A DNA stretch of 54,414 nucleotides from Verrucomicrobiota bacterium (GTDB taxonomy: Bacteria > Verrucomicrobiota > Verrucomicrobiia > Limisphaerales > UBA1096): the NCBI GenBank assembly GCA_036166355.1, contig JAYZHR010000052.1, positions 1-54,414 of the forward strand. The letters run 5' to 3'. The notes beneath the pieces are model-generated. The model ran no database searches, was not told the origin of the DNA, and saw only the letters and a program-made list of their open reading frames with translations. Both the position numbers and the translations under genes were made by a program. How positions within the stretch are numbered: position 1 is the stretch's first letter; the number at the start of each line of letters is the position of its first letter. Shown here piece by piece: positions 41,992 to 51,562 of the stretch.

Positions 41992-43329
41992 TTATACAAG
42001 TTCGTGAATCGGCTTATGACCGTCAGTTATATATTGAGGCCGCCCAGATAAATCAGGCAGAGTTGCCGTAGAAACATCAATGCCAACGTGGTGATACAGC
42101 GTAGCTAATACCTCCATGAAATGTACAGGTCGCTCAGTTGCCTCACCTCCCAAACGGTCAGTCGCACCAATAATCTGCCCATGTTTCATACCTCCCCCAG
42201 AGAGTAGAGCACATGAAACACGAGGCCAATGATCTCGGCCGCCTTTATTATTAATCTTTGGGGTTCGTCCAAACTCCCCCCAAACACATACAGCAACATC
42301 CTTATCTAATCCTCGATCATGTAAATCCTTAATAAGCGCAGACACGCCCTGATCAAACATCGGCATATCTTTTCGAGCATTACCATAATTATCCCCATGC
42401 CAATCCCAAAAACTGAACGCAACGGTTACGACACGAACACCAGCCTCAACCAAACGTCTCGCTACTAAAAACTGTTCAAGAATCCTTGGCGCTGCGTCTC
42501 CACGAATAGCAGTATCTCCTTTTCCATACATTTCAATAGTTCGCTTAGACTCCTGCGAGTAATCCAAAGCCTTAGCCAATCTGCTAGATGTAAGAATACC
42601 AAAAGCCTGTTGATTAAATGCGTCCATCCCATTCATCAACCCACCAGCATCAACATCACGTCTAAACTGATCAAAACTATTCAAGAGTCCAACACGATCT
42701 TTCAAACGATCCAAACTAATACCCTTTAAAGTCATATCCGCCTTACCTTCTCCTTCTGGCCGAAATGATTTATGAGCTATTCCACAGAACCCAGGTGTGG
42801 CTGCATTATACGGCCGATGTTTCATTTTATTCTCTAACCCAACGAAAGATGGCATTGCCGGGTTCTGAGAGCCCTGCATCTTTGAGATAACTGCCCCAAA
42901 AGTCGGCCAACCTCCCGGCGGTTTTTGTGCGCCTAGCGGATGACCAGTGAAACAAATATGATTTGAATGCTCATCTCGAGCACCGACAACTGACCTAATC
43001 GGCGTAGCTCGATGCATTTGTTTAGCTATTTCCGGGAGCATCTCAGAAATATGAATACCCGGAACAGTGGTTTTAATAGGCTTGAACTCTCCGCGAATTT
43101 CCCGGGGAGCATCCATCTTCAAATCATACATGTCCTGATGAGGCGGCCCACCGGGTAAATATATCATTATAATGGATTTCTCTCGGTTCACACTGCCGGA
43201 TGCAGCAGAAGCTTTTAATAAGTCAGGCAAAGAAATCCCACCCATTCCCAAGCCGCCAATCTTCAGGAAATTTCGCCTGTTCAATCCATCGCAAAAACGC
43301 CCGGAAGAATTACCAAAAATACTTAGCAT
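41992..43329 (-). CDS. DUF1501 family protein (Tat signal)
   Basis: NRRNFLKIG, YLPGGPPHQD, ARRLVEAGV, WDWH, GEFGRTP and GRDHWP. Confidence 0.92.
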   Translation of the reverse strand: MLSIFGNSSGRFCDGLNRRNFLKIGGLGMGGISLPDLLKASAASGSVNREKSIIMIYLPGGPPHQDMYDLKMDAPREIRGEFKPIKTTVPGIHISEMLPEIAKQMHRATPIRSVVGARDEHSNHICFTGHPLGAQKPPGGWPTFGAVISKMQGSQNPAMPSFVGLENKMKHRPYNAATPGFCGIAHKSFRPEGEGKADMTLKGISLDRLKDRVGLLNSFDQFRRDVDAGGLMNGMDAFNQQAFGILTSSRLAKALDYSQESKRTIEMYGKGDTAIRGDAAPRILEQFLVARRLVEAGVRVVTVAFSFWDWHGDNYGNARKDMPMFDQGVSALIKDLHDRGLDKDVAVCVWGEFGRTPKINNKGGRDHWPRVSCALLSGGGMKHGQIIGATDRLGGEATERPVHFMEVLATLYHHVGIDVSTATLPDLSGRPQYITDGHKPIHELV

Positions 43330-43474
43330 AACTCCTTATAAACCAAGAAACAGCCTGACATACGGATACTGAGCATTTCAAATATGTTTGCAACTCTGTT
43401 TTTCGTTCGATTCAGCGTGCAACATACAATCAGGTAACATATTTTCCCGTCCGCTTTTGGCGATAATAAACCGA

Positions 43475-45289
43475 ATGATAAAATTTAATTCAGGCACACA
43501 CACTATAGCCGCGTTACTGGCCACGTTTATTCTACCACATTTATCTCAAGCTCACGTCGGCCCTCACCCATCCGTACACGACACCGTAGCTAGTATTCTA
43601 AACCGCTTTAAAGCAACACTATCAACTGAAGAAATAGTAGCAATCGACATAGCAAAGGCTCGATCTTTGCTCACTGAAAATGAAAAGCACATATTATCTC
43701 ACGATCACATTTCTTTCCATGTAAACACTCCGGTTAAAGTATTTATTATCCGAGACGCTTCAATGGGAGACAAACCATTCTGGCTTAAGGAACGAGATTT
43801 CAAGCCATTAGGATTGAAATTCAAGATAAAAAACAGAGATGTTGATTTTTGGGTAAAGGACTTTGAGGCAGGCCAAATCGGATTGGGAATCAATTCCCTA
43901 TCTGGCAACGATCATCACTACGGAGTGGCTCTTATGCCCCTTAAACCTGACCCTAAATTAGAAGTCACAAAAATGTATCCCGGTCAGCTTAGAACAGCAG
44001 CAATGAAGGAAGGAGTTAAACCATTCATTGATAAAAATGATACTCTTCCATCACTTCCAGCTGTTCTCTCAGGACTAACAATTGTGCAAACTGTTTATAA
44101 AAACAGAAATGACGCAAAACTAATCGGTATTTACCGGAAAACATCCTACCCAAGCAGCCCAAAGCCAGACCAAATTATTCTTACCTGGGCAAACGATCCA
44201 ACCACAACCCAAACAGTACAGTGGCGCACTGATAAATCTATTAGCAAGGGGCAATTAAAGTGGATAAAAAAATCTGACTACAACAGATTTCAACCGGCGA
44301 CACCAAAAACCATTGATGCCAACAGCATCGAAATGATAAACACAAATTATGTAAACGACCCTAAAATATTCCGTCATACCGTTAATATTACAGGACTCAC
44401 CCCTAATACCACTTACCTCTATTCCGTAGGGCAAGGCTCAGATGACAACTGGTCAGAATTATCAGAATTCAAAACAGCTCCCAATAAAACTGAACCGTTT
44501 TCATTTGTTTACATGGGAGATGCACAGAACGGTTTTGACCGATGGAGATCAATGATTTCAGGCGCATTTCGAAAAAGACCTAATGCTGCATTCTATATAA
44601 TGGCTGGTGATCTTGTTGATCGAGGTAATGAGATTGACGATTGGGATAACATGTTACACAAAGCTAGAGATGTATATAACCGCCGCCCCTTAATACCAGC
44701 AATTGGTAATCATGAAATACAAGGCGGCCACCCCTCAACTTATTTAAAATTATTCGACCTTCCCAAAAACGGACCAGAAAAAATCGAACCTGAACGTTGC
44801 TATACATTTAAATATAGTAATGCTGAATTCTTCATCCTAGACACAACACTCGCTCCGAAACTTCAAAGTGAATGGCTAGAAAAGGTTTTATCATCAAGTA
44901 CAGCAACCTGGAAATTCGCTGTATACCATCACCCTGCTTACTCATCTGAGCCGGCGCGAGACAATAAAAAAGTCAGAAATTTATGGACTCCCATTTTTGA
45001 TAAATACCACTTGGACATGGCACTACAAGGACATGATCACGCCTACCTTCGCACATATCCAATGAAAGGACAAAAACGCGTGCCTACAGCCAAGGAAGGC
45101 ACATACTATGTTGTCTCTGTCTCTGGTACTAAATTCTATGAACAAGACCAGCGCGATTATACTGAAGTGGGATTCACCAACACGCCTACCTTCCAGATTT
45201 TAGATATCCTGATAGACGGAAATAAACTTATCTATAGAGCGTATGACGCCGAGGATAAAATCCGAGACCAAATTATTATCGAAAAATAA
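43475..45289 (+). CDS. Secreted purple-acid-phosphatase-like metallophosphoesterase with FN3-like domain
   Basis: Signal peptide, GLTPNTTYLYSVG, GDAQ, AGDLVD, GNHE, YHH and GHDH. Start set to ATG 43475. Confidence 0.9.
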   Translation: MIKFNSGTHTIAALLATFILPHLSQAHVGPHPSVHDTVASILNRFKATLSTEEIVAIDIAKARSLLTENEKHILSHDHISFHVNTPVKVFIIRDASMGDKPFWLKERDFKPLGLKFKIKNRDVDFWVKDFEAGQIGLGINSLSGNDHHYGVALMPLKPDPKLEVTKMYPGQLRTAAMKEGVKPFIDKNDTLPSLPAVLSGLTIVQTVYKNRNDAKLIGIYRKTSYPSSPKPDQIILTWANDPTTTQTVQWRTDKSISKGQLKWIKKSDYNRFQPATPKTIDANSIEMINTNYVNDPKIFRHTVNITGLTPNTTYLYSVGQGSDDNWSELSEFKTAPNKTEPFSFVYMGDAQNGFDRWRSMISGAFRKRPNAAFYIMAGDLVDRGNEIDDWDNMLHKARDVYNRRPLIPAIGNHEIQGGHPSTYLKLFDLPKNGPEKIEPERCYTFKYSNAEFFILDTTLAPKLQSEWLEKVLSSSTATWKFAVYHHPAYSSEPARDNKKVRNLWTPIFDKYHLDMALQGHDHAYLRTYPMKGQKRVPTAKEGTYYVVSVSGTKFYEQDQRDYTEVGFTNTPTFQILDILIDGNKLIYRAYDAEDKIRDQIIIEK

Positions 45290-45343
45290 CTCAATAGGCT
45301 TGCGCACAGTAAAGAAGAGGCAGAGCCTCTCCTCGATATTCCA

Positions 45344-46147
45344 GTGCAGCGTTTCCGATTGAAAAAATTTGGTTTCACACTAATCGAACTTCTAGTGGTA
45401 ATCGCGATTATCGCCATATTAGCAGGCATGCTTCTCCCTGCTTTGGCAAAAGCAAAAAGCAAAGCAACGGGAGCTAAATGCTCAAGCAACCTCAGGCAGA
45501 TGGGCATAGGCCTGATTGCATTCTCTGACGACTACGACCATTATCCAGTTGGCATCAATGGCAATCGCGGCTCCTCATGGATATGGCCTTCACAAATTCG
45601 ACAATACCTTGGAGGAAAAGAAGCCCGCAGCACAGAGCTTTTTAAGTGCCCATCAGCTCCTGACAAGGCCAACTGGAAAGTTAAGTTTTCAGGAAGTCAG
45701 CCAGCGGAGGACGGCTATCTAAAAGGAGAGATTCGACTTCGTCCTGGCGGTCAAAGTTTTATGAGTTACGGATACAATGTTTGGGGGGCATGGGCAGGCA
45801 TGATCCCAAATCAAGGCATGGGAGTATATAAGGCACATCCAAACTGGGGCGAAACTAAACCTAGCCAAGTTCTTGTACCTAGCGAAATGATAGCAATTGG
45901 CGATAGCAACTGGGACTTAAACCAAGAAGGAGATCGGGACTGGAGTGGCTTTATTGGAATGTACGCAAAACGCCAGTGGCCCCTAGCCCTTCATAACAAA
46001 CGAGCAGAGATCCTATTTGTCGACGGACATGTGACTGCCGAAAAGAGAACAGACCTCGTAGCACAACTAAATAAGGATCCGGGCCGTAAAGATTTTGCAG
46101 CCAAACGCTGGAATCTCGATAACACTCCACATCACGATCGTCGCTAG
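45344..46147 (+). CDS. Prepilin-type N-terminal cleavage/methylation protein with H-X9-DG motif (DUF1559-like)
   Basis: FG|[45 protein letters not shown] and HNKRAEILFVDGH. Confidence 0.93.
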   Translation: MQRFRLKKFGFTLIELLVVIAIIAILAGMLLPALAKAKSKATGAKCSSNLRQMGIGLIAFSDDYDHYPVGINGNRGSSWIWPSQIRQYLGGKEARSTELFKCPSAPDKANWKVKFSGSQPAEDGYLKGEIRLRPGGQSFMSYGYNVWGAWAGMIPNQGMGVYKAHPNWGETKPSQVLVPSEMIAIGDSNWDLNQEGDRDWSGFIGMYAKRQWPLALHNKRAEILFVDGHVTAEKRTDLVAQLNKDPGRKDFAAKRWNLDNTPHHDRR

Positions 46148-46161
46148 TTGAGTTTTTAAAT

Positions 46162-46190
46162 AAAAAAGGAGCCTATTAAGGCTCCTTTTT
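46162..46190. terminator. Bidirectional intrinsic terminator
   Basis: AAAAAAGGAGCCT-atta-AGGCTCCTTTTT between convergent genes. Confidence 0.85.
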
Positions 46191-46211
46191 ATAATTAAAT
46201 ATTATTAATAC

Positions 46212-47141
46212 TTAAGAGAGCTGATCTCTCACTTTTTCCAATAAAGCCTTAGTCAAAGCTATACCTTTATAGGCATCTACTTTACTGCCCTCATACTCAA
46301 TTCCGACATAACCACGATAACCATGCGACAGAACAATTTTCATCATTCGCACGTAATCAGTACGAATTTCGTTTCCATCGGCGTCAAATTCATGAGATTT
46401 TGCGCTAACTGCCTTAGCAAACGGCATTAACTCCTCCACCCCTTTATAGCGATCATACCACTTACCCCCACCAACATTAAAATTACCAAAGTCAGGGAGC
46501 GTCCCACAATTTTTGAGATTTACCATTTTCATAACCCCGGCAAGCCAAGCTCCATTCGAAGAAAGGCCACCATGATTTTCGACGATTATGTTCAACCCCT
46601 GCTTAGCCCCATACTCAGACAATTGCCTTAGCCCATCAGCTGCTAGTTTTTGCTTCTCTTCAAAACTACCATTACCGGTTGTGCCAGCATTAACCCGGAT
46701 GGAGTGACATCCAAGAAATTTAGCTGCATCTACCCACTTGTGATGATTCTCAACCGTCTTTGTTCTTTCAGCTGAATTCGCATGGCCAAGCTGCCCTTCA
46801 CCATCAACCATGATCAAGAGACTCTCAACACCATGGTCGGCTGCGCGCTTTTTCAAGTCAGCCAAATAGACCTCATCATTAGCCTTAGTTTTGAAAAACT
46901 GATTCACATATTCAATCGCACCTATGTCGAACCTCTCACGAGAAACCTTGGCGAAATCTAGCGCATTAATCTTGCCCCCAAAGAACTGACGATTCAAAGA
47001 CCACTGGGCCAAGGAGATATCGAACAACTTACCGCTGCCACCGCCCAAGGTTTTGCACCCTGTCAACGCAACCGCACCAACTGCACCAACCGCTAAAGAG
47101 GCACCCTTCAAAAACTCACGTCTATTAGTTTGATTTATCAT
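46212..47141 (-). CDS. Sugar phosphate isomerase/epimerase (xylose isomerase-like TIM barrel), probable Tat-lipoprotein
   Basis: NRREFLK...VALTGC, SLAQWS, VENHGG, LPDFGNF and GIEYEG. Start set to ATG 47141. Confidence 0.9.
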   Translation of the reverse strand: MINQTNRREFLKGASLAVGAVGAVALTGCKTLGGGSGKLFDISLAQWSLNRQFFGGKINALDFAKVSRERFDIGAIEYVNQFFKTKANDEVYLADLKKRAADHGVESLLIMVDGEGQLGHANSAERTKTVENHHKWVDAAKFLGCHSIRVNAGTTGNGSFEEKQKLAADGLRQLSEYGAKQGLNIIVENHGGLSSNGAWLAGVMKMVNLKNCGTLPDFGNFNVGGGKWYDRYKGVEELMPFAKAVSAKSHEFDADGNEIRTDYVRMMKIVLSHGYRGYVGIEYEGSKVDAYKGIALTKALLEKVRDQLS

Positions 47142-47157
47142 AATACTAAATAAAAAT

Positions 47158-48510
47158 TTATTCTGCATTCTCTTCTTTGTACTTGTCCCAAAAAGCAACA
47201 GCAAAAACAACTGTTACCACCAAAGCCATAAGACATGGAAACATCCAAAATACTTTCCAATTAGACATGGCATCGGAAATAATTGATCCAGCTGCTTCAG
47301 GCTTTTCAGTTAAAAACATTTTCCCGAATGACTCCCAAAACCCGAATGTCGCTGGCTCGATAGTTGCAGCTAAAGCATCTGAGCTTTCCTGAACAGCCGT
47401 AAATCCGGGTGTCAGCGTATAATCCGAAACTACCGGAAAAAGCGCTGACCCAGCAGCAATTTTATACCCAAAAAACATGCCTACACCTTGAGTAAAAAAC
47501 ACTAAAAGTGACTGAGCCTGACTACGAATCTCCTTGGGTGCCTTATTATCGGTATACATGAACCCAGTAACAAAGAAAAAGTCATAACAGATACCGTGTA
47601 AAACAACACCTAGCATAATCATCCAGACGACCTGTTCTGGGGCCCCATAAGCAAATAACGCATAGCGAGCGACCCATGCAAGCATCCCAACTATAATCAT
47701 GATCTTTACGCCTAGCTTGCGGAAAAAAAACGGAACCAAAAGCATAAAGACAATTTCTGACATCTGCCCAAGCGCCATCGTTGAAGCTGTAGCTTGAAAC
47801 CCGATCTGTGGAAGATAGACCGACGTATACGCGAAGTAATAAGCCAGCGGCACACAAATTGCAGCCGAACATAACATAAAGACCAGAAACGGCACATTCC
47901 CTAACATTTTAAATGCATCAAGCATTAGTATCGTTGTTATATTGACTGGCTTACCTTTCGCTGGAGGCGGTGTGGCTGGCATAAAAAAACAAAGAACGCC
48001 CAAACCCAAACCGGAAACACCTCCTATTATAAAAATTTTCGGGCTACTTGACATCCCTAACCCTCCAATCACTAGCCCAGCAACAATCCAGCCAATTGTC
48101 CCCCAAACACGAAGCGCCGGAAACTTGCTTCGGTCGTCAATGTTCGTAAACGCTACGGTATTACTCAAAGCAAGAGTCGGCATATAACAAAGCATATGAC
48201 CCATAATCAACCAACTCAGCAGATTGCCTTTTCCAGAAGAAATCAGAGAAGGAGCAATTAACAACAGAATACCGCCAATTATATGGAGCACTCCCATTGT
48301 TTTTTCACTATTAAATAGTCGATCAGTTATAAGCCCTAATAACAAAGGAGCTATCATCGCCGCAATAGGCACAGCGCCATACGCCCCACCAATAATTTCA
48401 CTAAGATTGTTAGTTGATAAAGCTAAACCAAGTGTCGTGAACCATGCCCCCCAGACAAAAAACTGGAGGAACATCATAATGGATAGCTTGATACGAATGG
48501 ATGAATTCAT
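47158..48510 (-). CDS. MFS nucleoside:H+ symporter family permease (NupG/XapB-like)
   Basis: [31 protein letters not shown] and [11 protein letters not shown]. Confidence 0.92.
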   Translation of the reverse strand: MNSSIRIKLSIMMFLQFFVWGAWFTTLGLALSTNNLSEIIGGAYGAVPIAAMIAPLLLGLITDRLFNSEKTMGVLHIIGGILLLIAPSLISSGKGNLLSWLIMGHMLCYMPTLALSNTVAFTNIDDRSKFPALRVWGTIGWIVAGLVIGGLGMSSSPKIFIIGGVSGLGLGVLCFFMPATPPPAKGKPVNITTILMLDAFKMLGNVPFLVFMLCSAAICVPLAYYFAYTSVYLPQIGFQATASTMALGQMSEIVFMLLVPFFFRKLGVKIMIIVGMLAWVARYALFAYGAPEQVVWMIMLGVVLHGICYDFFFVTGFMYTDNKAPKEIRSQAQSLLVFFTQGVGMFFGYKIAAGSALFPVVSDYTLTPGFTAVQESSDALAATIEPATFGFWESFGKMFLTEKPEAAGSIISDAMSNWKVFWMFPCLMALVVTVVFAVAFWDKYKEENAE

Positions 48511-48579
48511 ATTTAGTTATTAGGTTTCTAAGTCGGCTCGACCAAAGTGAATCAACTATCAATCAAGCGGAACGCGCAG

Positions 48580-48608
48580 AACCTAGCTATTGTAAAAGCT
48601 AGCCGCAA
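48580..48608 (-). promoter_or_regulatory. Sigma70-like promoter with an operator-like palindrome across the spacer
   Basis: Minus strand TTGCGG-N17-TAGGTT. Palindrome CTAGCT-N8-AGCTAG at 48583-48602. Confidence 0.5.
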
Positions 48609-48633
48609 GGTTTCCTTTTAATTGTCGCAACAC

Positions 48634-48663
48634 AAAAAAAGACGGGCCACGTTGGGCCCGCCT
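48634..48663 (-). terminator. Intrinsic terminator of pnp
   Basis: Minus strand AGGCGGGCC-caacgt-GGCCCGTCT followed by a U-tract. Confidence 0.85.
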
Positions 48664-48687
48664 GTAATAAATTAAACGTTTAAGGGC

Positions 48688-50877
48688 TTACTCCTCGGAA
48701 TCGTCACCGGCAGCCGAAGCTCCACTTTCCTCATCATCACCAAATTCAGCCTTACGATCTTCCATCGCAGCCTTACGAGAAAGCTTCACACGCCCCTTGT
48801 CATCAACACCGATACACTTAACCCATATTTCATCTCCATCCTTGACAATATCCTCCGTCTTTTTGACACGGAAATTGGCAAGTTCGCTAATATGAACAAG
48901 ACCATCTTTACCTGGTAACACTTCAACGAAACAGCCGAATTCTTTAATAGAAACAACTTTACCCCTATAAAGCTTACCAACTTCAACCTCTGCCGTAATT
49001 CCCTCTATTGCATCAGTTGCAACCTGAAGTCCTTCAGCTGACATGGAGTATATAAGAACACGACCGTCGTCCTCTATGTTAATCTCACAACCAGATTCTT
49101 CGACAATACGCTTAATATTTTTTCCACCAGGGCCAATCAATTCACCAATTTTTGAAGGATCGATCGGAATAGTAACAATTCTTGGCGCATATGGGCTCAT
49201 CTCTTCTCGTTCCTTATCAAGGCATCCTCCCATATTAGATAGTATAGCTGTTCGCGCTGTCTTAGACTTAGCGATTGCCTCTTCCATAATGTAATGCGGA
49301 ATCCCCTGTAGTTTTAGATCCAGCTGAAAGCCAGTAATACCTTGCTCAGTGCCTGCAATCTTACAGTCCATATCACAAAACGCATCTTCCCATCCAATAA
49401 TATCAGTGAGTAATTTATAGGCCTCAATCTCTTTACTCTCGGTAGCATCATTAATTCTCTCTCGAGTACAAAGACCAATGCTAATACCTGCAACAGGGCG
49501 CTTCAAAGGAACACCGGCATCAAGAAGCGCCAATGTCCCGCTACATATAGCAGCCATGGAAGTAGACCCATTGGACTCCATGATTTCTGATGTTACTCGA
49601 ACCGCATAAGGAAAATCCTCAAGGCTAGGGATAACTGGAGCAATAGAGCGCTCTGCTAACGCACCATGACCAATCTCACGACGCCCCGGCCCCATGATTC
49701 TACCAGTCTCCCCCACAGAAAAGTTCGGGAAATTATAATGAAGCATAAAGCGCTTTTCACTTGGACCACCGGTATAAGCATCAAAAGTCTGCGTATCATC
49801 AGTCGTCCCAAGTGTAACAAGCGACAAGCCCTGAGTTTCCCCACGAGAAAAAAGACCTGAACCATGTGTCCTCGGTATCATACCAGCCTCACTTGTAAGA
49901 GGGCGCAAATCATCAAATCCACGACCATCAAGTCTTTTACCATCATCAAGAACAAGTTTTCTGACCGCTGCTTTCTGAATAGCATAAAAAGCTTCATTAA
50001 CAATAAAATCAGTAATGTTTTCATCACCGAACTTATCGACAAGCTTTTCTTCCATCTCATCCTTTAAAGCATTGCAAGCGGCCTCGCGCTCAAGTTTAGA
50101 CTGAATTAACAATGCATCGGTAATCCGACCTGAAATAATCGACTCAGCTTCCTCCTGAACATCTGACTCAACAACTCGTGGTGTAAATTCACGCTTGGCC
50201 TTACCGGCAGAAGCAGCCAATTCCTTTTGCGCGGCAATAAGAGGAGCTATTGATTCCTGCCCAAACTTCAAAGCCTGAAGAAAATCAGCTTCCGGAATCT
50301 CATCCGCTGAACCTTCAAACATAATCATATCTGAATCATTACCAACATAAACTAAATCTAGATCACTAGATTCCATTTGCTCATGAGTAGGATTAGCAAC
50401 AAAATCACCGCCGACCCTACCAACTCGAACTGCTCCAATCGGCCCTGCAAAAGGCAGATCACTAATCATCAAAGCTGCAGAAGCTCCATTGATTGAAAGT
50501 ACATCTGAATCATTATCTCCATCAGCACTCAAAAGGAGAGTTTGAATCTGCACCTCATTGAAATAACCCTTTGGAAACAATGGGCGAATTGGTCGGTCTG
50601 TTACACGACAATTAAGATTTTCCTTCTCGGTTGTACGACCTTCCCGCTTGAAGAATCCACCCGTAAAACGACCTGCAGCGGCCGCTTTTTCTCTATAATC
50701 TACCGTAAGAGGGAAAAAATCCAAACCTGGACGAGGCTTGGAAGCACCGCAAGCGGCGACCAATACGATAGTTTCTCCTAGTTGAACGGTGACAGCACCG
50801 TCTGCTTGTTTGGCAATTTTGCCTGATTCAATATGAATCTCACCGCCGCCAACATTGGCGGTTACTTTATGTGACAT
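48688..50877 (-). CDS. pnp: Polyribonucleotide nucleotidyltransferase (PNPase)
   Basis: FFPLTVDY, FFKREG, DRPIRPLFP, RREIGHG, ESNGSTSMA, KH (IGPGGK) and S1 (GLVHISEL) domains. Confidence 0.99.
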   Translation of the reverse strand: MSHKVTANVGGGEIHIESGKIAKQADGAVTVQLGETIVLVAACGASKPRPGLDFFPLTVDYREKAAAAGRFTGGFFKREGRTTEKENLNCRVTDRPIRPLFPKGYFNEVQIQTLLLSADGDNDSDVLSINGASAALMISDLPFAGPIGAVRVGRVGGDFVANPTHEQMESSDLDLVYVGNDSDMIMFEGSADEIPEADFLQALKFGQESIAPLIAAQKELAASAGKAKREFTPRVVESDVQEEAESIISGRITDALLIQSKLEREAACNALKDEMEEKLVDKFGDENITDFIVNEAFYAIQKAAVRKLVLDDGKRLDGRGFDDLRPLTSEAGMIPRTHGSGLFSRGETQGLSLVTLGTTDDTQTFDAYTGGPSEKRFMLHYNFPNFSVGETGRIMGPGRREIGHGALAERSIAPVIPSLEDFPYAVRVTSEIMESNGSTSMAAICSGTLALLDAGVPLKRPVAGISIGLCTRERINDATESKEIEAYKLLTDIIGWEDAFCDMDCKIAGTEQGITGFQLDLKLQGIPHYIMEEAIAKSKTARTAILSNMGGCLDKEREEMSPYAPRIVTIPIDPSKIGELIGPGGKNIKRIVEESGCEINIEDDGRVLIYSMSAEGLQVATDAIEGITAEVEVGKLYRGKVVSIKEFGCFVEVLPGKDGLVHISELANFRVKKTEDIVKDGDEIWVKCIGVDDKGRVKLSRKAAMEDRKAEFGDDEESGASAAGDDSEE

Positions 50878-50898
50878 GTTTTTCTTTCAATTACCACA

Positions 50899-51074
50899 CT
50901 TGCTGGCACGGAGAACTTCATTCCAACTCCCAAATATTTAAAGGAGACCGAATGAAATACTCAGAACCAACAAGCATGAGGTTCTCCACGGCAAGCTACT
51001 GGAAAACAGCGGATCGTGCCGTGATATCCAACCCACCAGCGGTAACGCCTAGCCACCTCTGGTATGTGTTTTCC
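50899..51074 (-). ncRNA. Candidate structured cis-regulatory RNA in the pnp leader (two tandem three-way junctions)
   Basis: Hand-folded stems: GGAAAACA/UGUUUUCC closes two hairpins (51001-51074). CUUGC/GCAAG plus GGAGAAC/GUUCUCC close two hairpins (50899-50995). Confidence 0.6.
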
Positions 51075-51083
51075 AAAAAATTC

Positions 51084-51107
51084 AAAAAAGAGCCAAGATC
51101 AGCCCTT
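51084..51107 (-). terminator. Weak intrinsic terminator after rpsO
   Basis: Minus strand AGGGCUG-aucu-UGGCUCU (several G-U pairs) followed by a U-tract. Confidence 0.5.
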
Positions 51108-51118
51108 AAAAAAAGATA

Positions 51119-51376
51119 CTAGTGACGCAGTTTTAATCGCTGAGTCAATGACCTATAGCGATCCACGTCATGACTATGTACATAGTCAAGTAAACGCCTG
51201 CGACGCCCCACCATCATAAGCAAACCACGGCGCGATGCGTGATCCTTTTTATTCTGCTTTAAATGCTCAGTGAGATGATTGATACGCTTTGTGAGTAGCG
51301 CGACCTGTACATCCGCCGACCCAGTGTCGGTATTATGAACGCGAAACTCTTCAATCGTTGTCGCCTTGGCTTCCAT
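51119..51376 (-). CDS. rpsO: 30S ribosomal protein S15
   Basis: [15 protein letters not shown]...[23 protein letters not shown], and the conserved rpsO-pnp order. Confidence 0.99.
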   Translation of the reverse strand: MEAKATTIEEFRVHNTDTGSADVQVALLTKRINHLTEHLKQNKKDHASRRGLLMMVGRRRRLLDYVHSHDVDRYRSLTQRLKLRH

Positions 51377-51421
51377 TCCTGTTTTCTATTAGTCCTCTTT
51401 CTCTTCTCGAAAAGGCGAGGC

Positions 51422-51449
51422 AAAGTACCAGTAAAATTCCCTTTGTAAA
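51422..51449 (-). promoter_or_regulatory. Sigma70-like promoter of rpsO-pnp
   Basis: Minus strand TTTACA-N16-TACTTT with an extended TGn element. Confidence 0.5.
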
Positions 51450-51528
51450 GCACTTTAAGAGGGTTTTTTAAGGTAAATAACAGTAAAAACCCAACGTTTA
51501 TCATTCATAAATCACCTAAAAGGATAGA

Positions 51529-51556
51529 TTGACCCCTCCTCTTCACAAACTACACT
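51529..51556 (+). promoter_or_regulatory. Sigma70-like promoter, probable leaderless transcript
   Basis: TTGACC (51529-51534)-N16-TACACT (51551-51556), then 6 nt to GTG 51563. Confidence 0.55.
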
Positions 51557-51562
51557 GCGTCC

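Noticed and set aside
33150-45470. Three near-identical pilin N-terminal segments as DNA repeats, a shufflon or a DGR target
   Set aside because: Identity is at the protein level with many synonymous differences. No recombinase, reverse transcriptase or inverted recombination sites are present.
50899-51074. Possible tRNA, tmRNA or known riboswitch
   Set aside because: There is no T-loop/D-loop consensus or CCA end, and no aptamer core I can recognise. Kept only as an unassigned structured leader.
50871-51122. 83-aa plus-strand ORF spanning the rpsO-pnp spacer
   Set aside because: It is antisense to the operon, overlaps both genes and has no recognisable features. The region is better explained as structured RNA.
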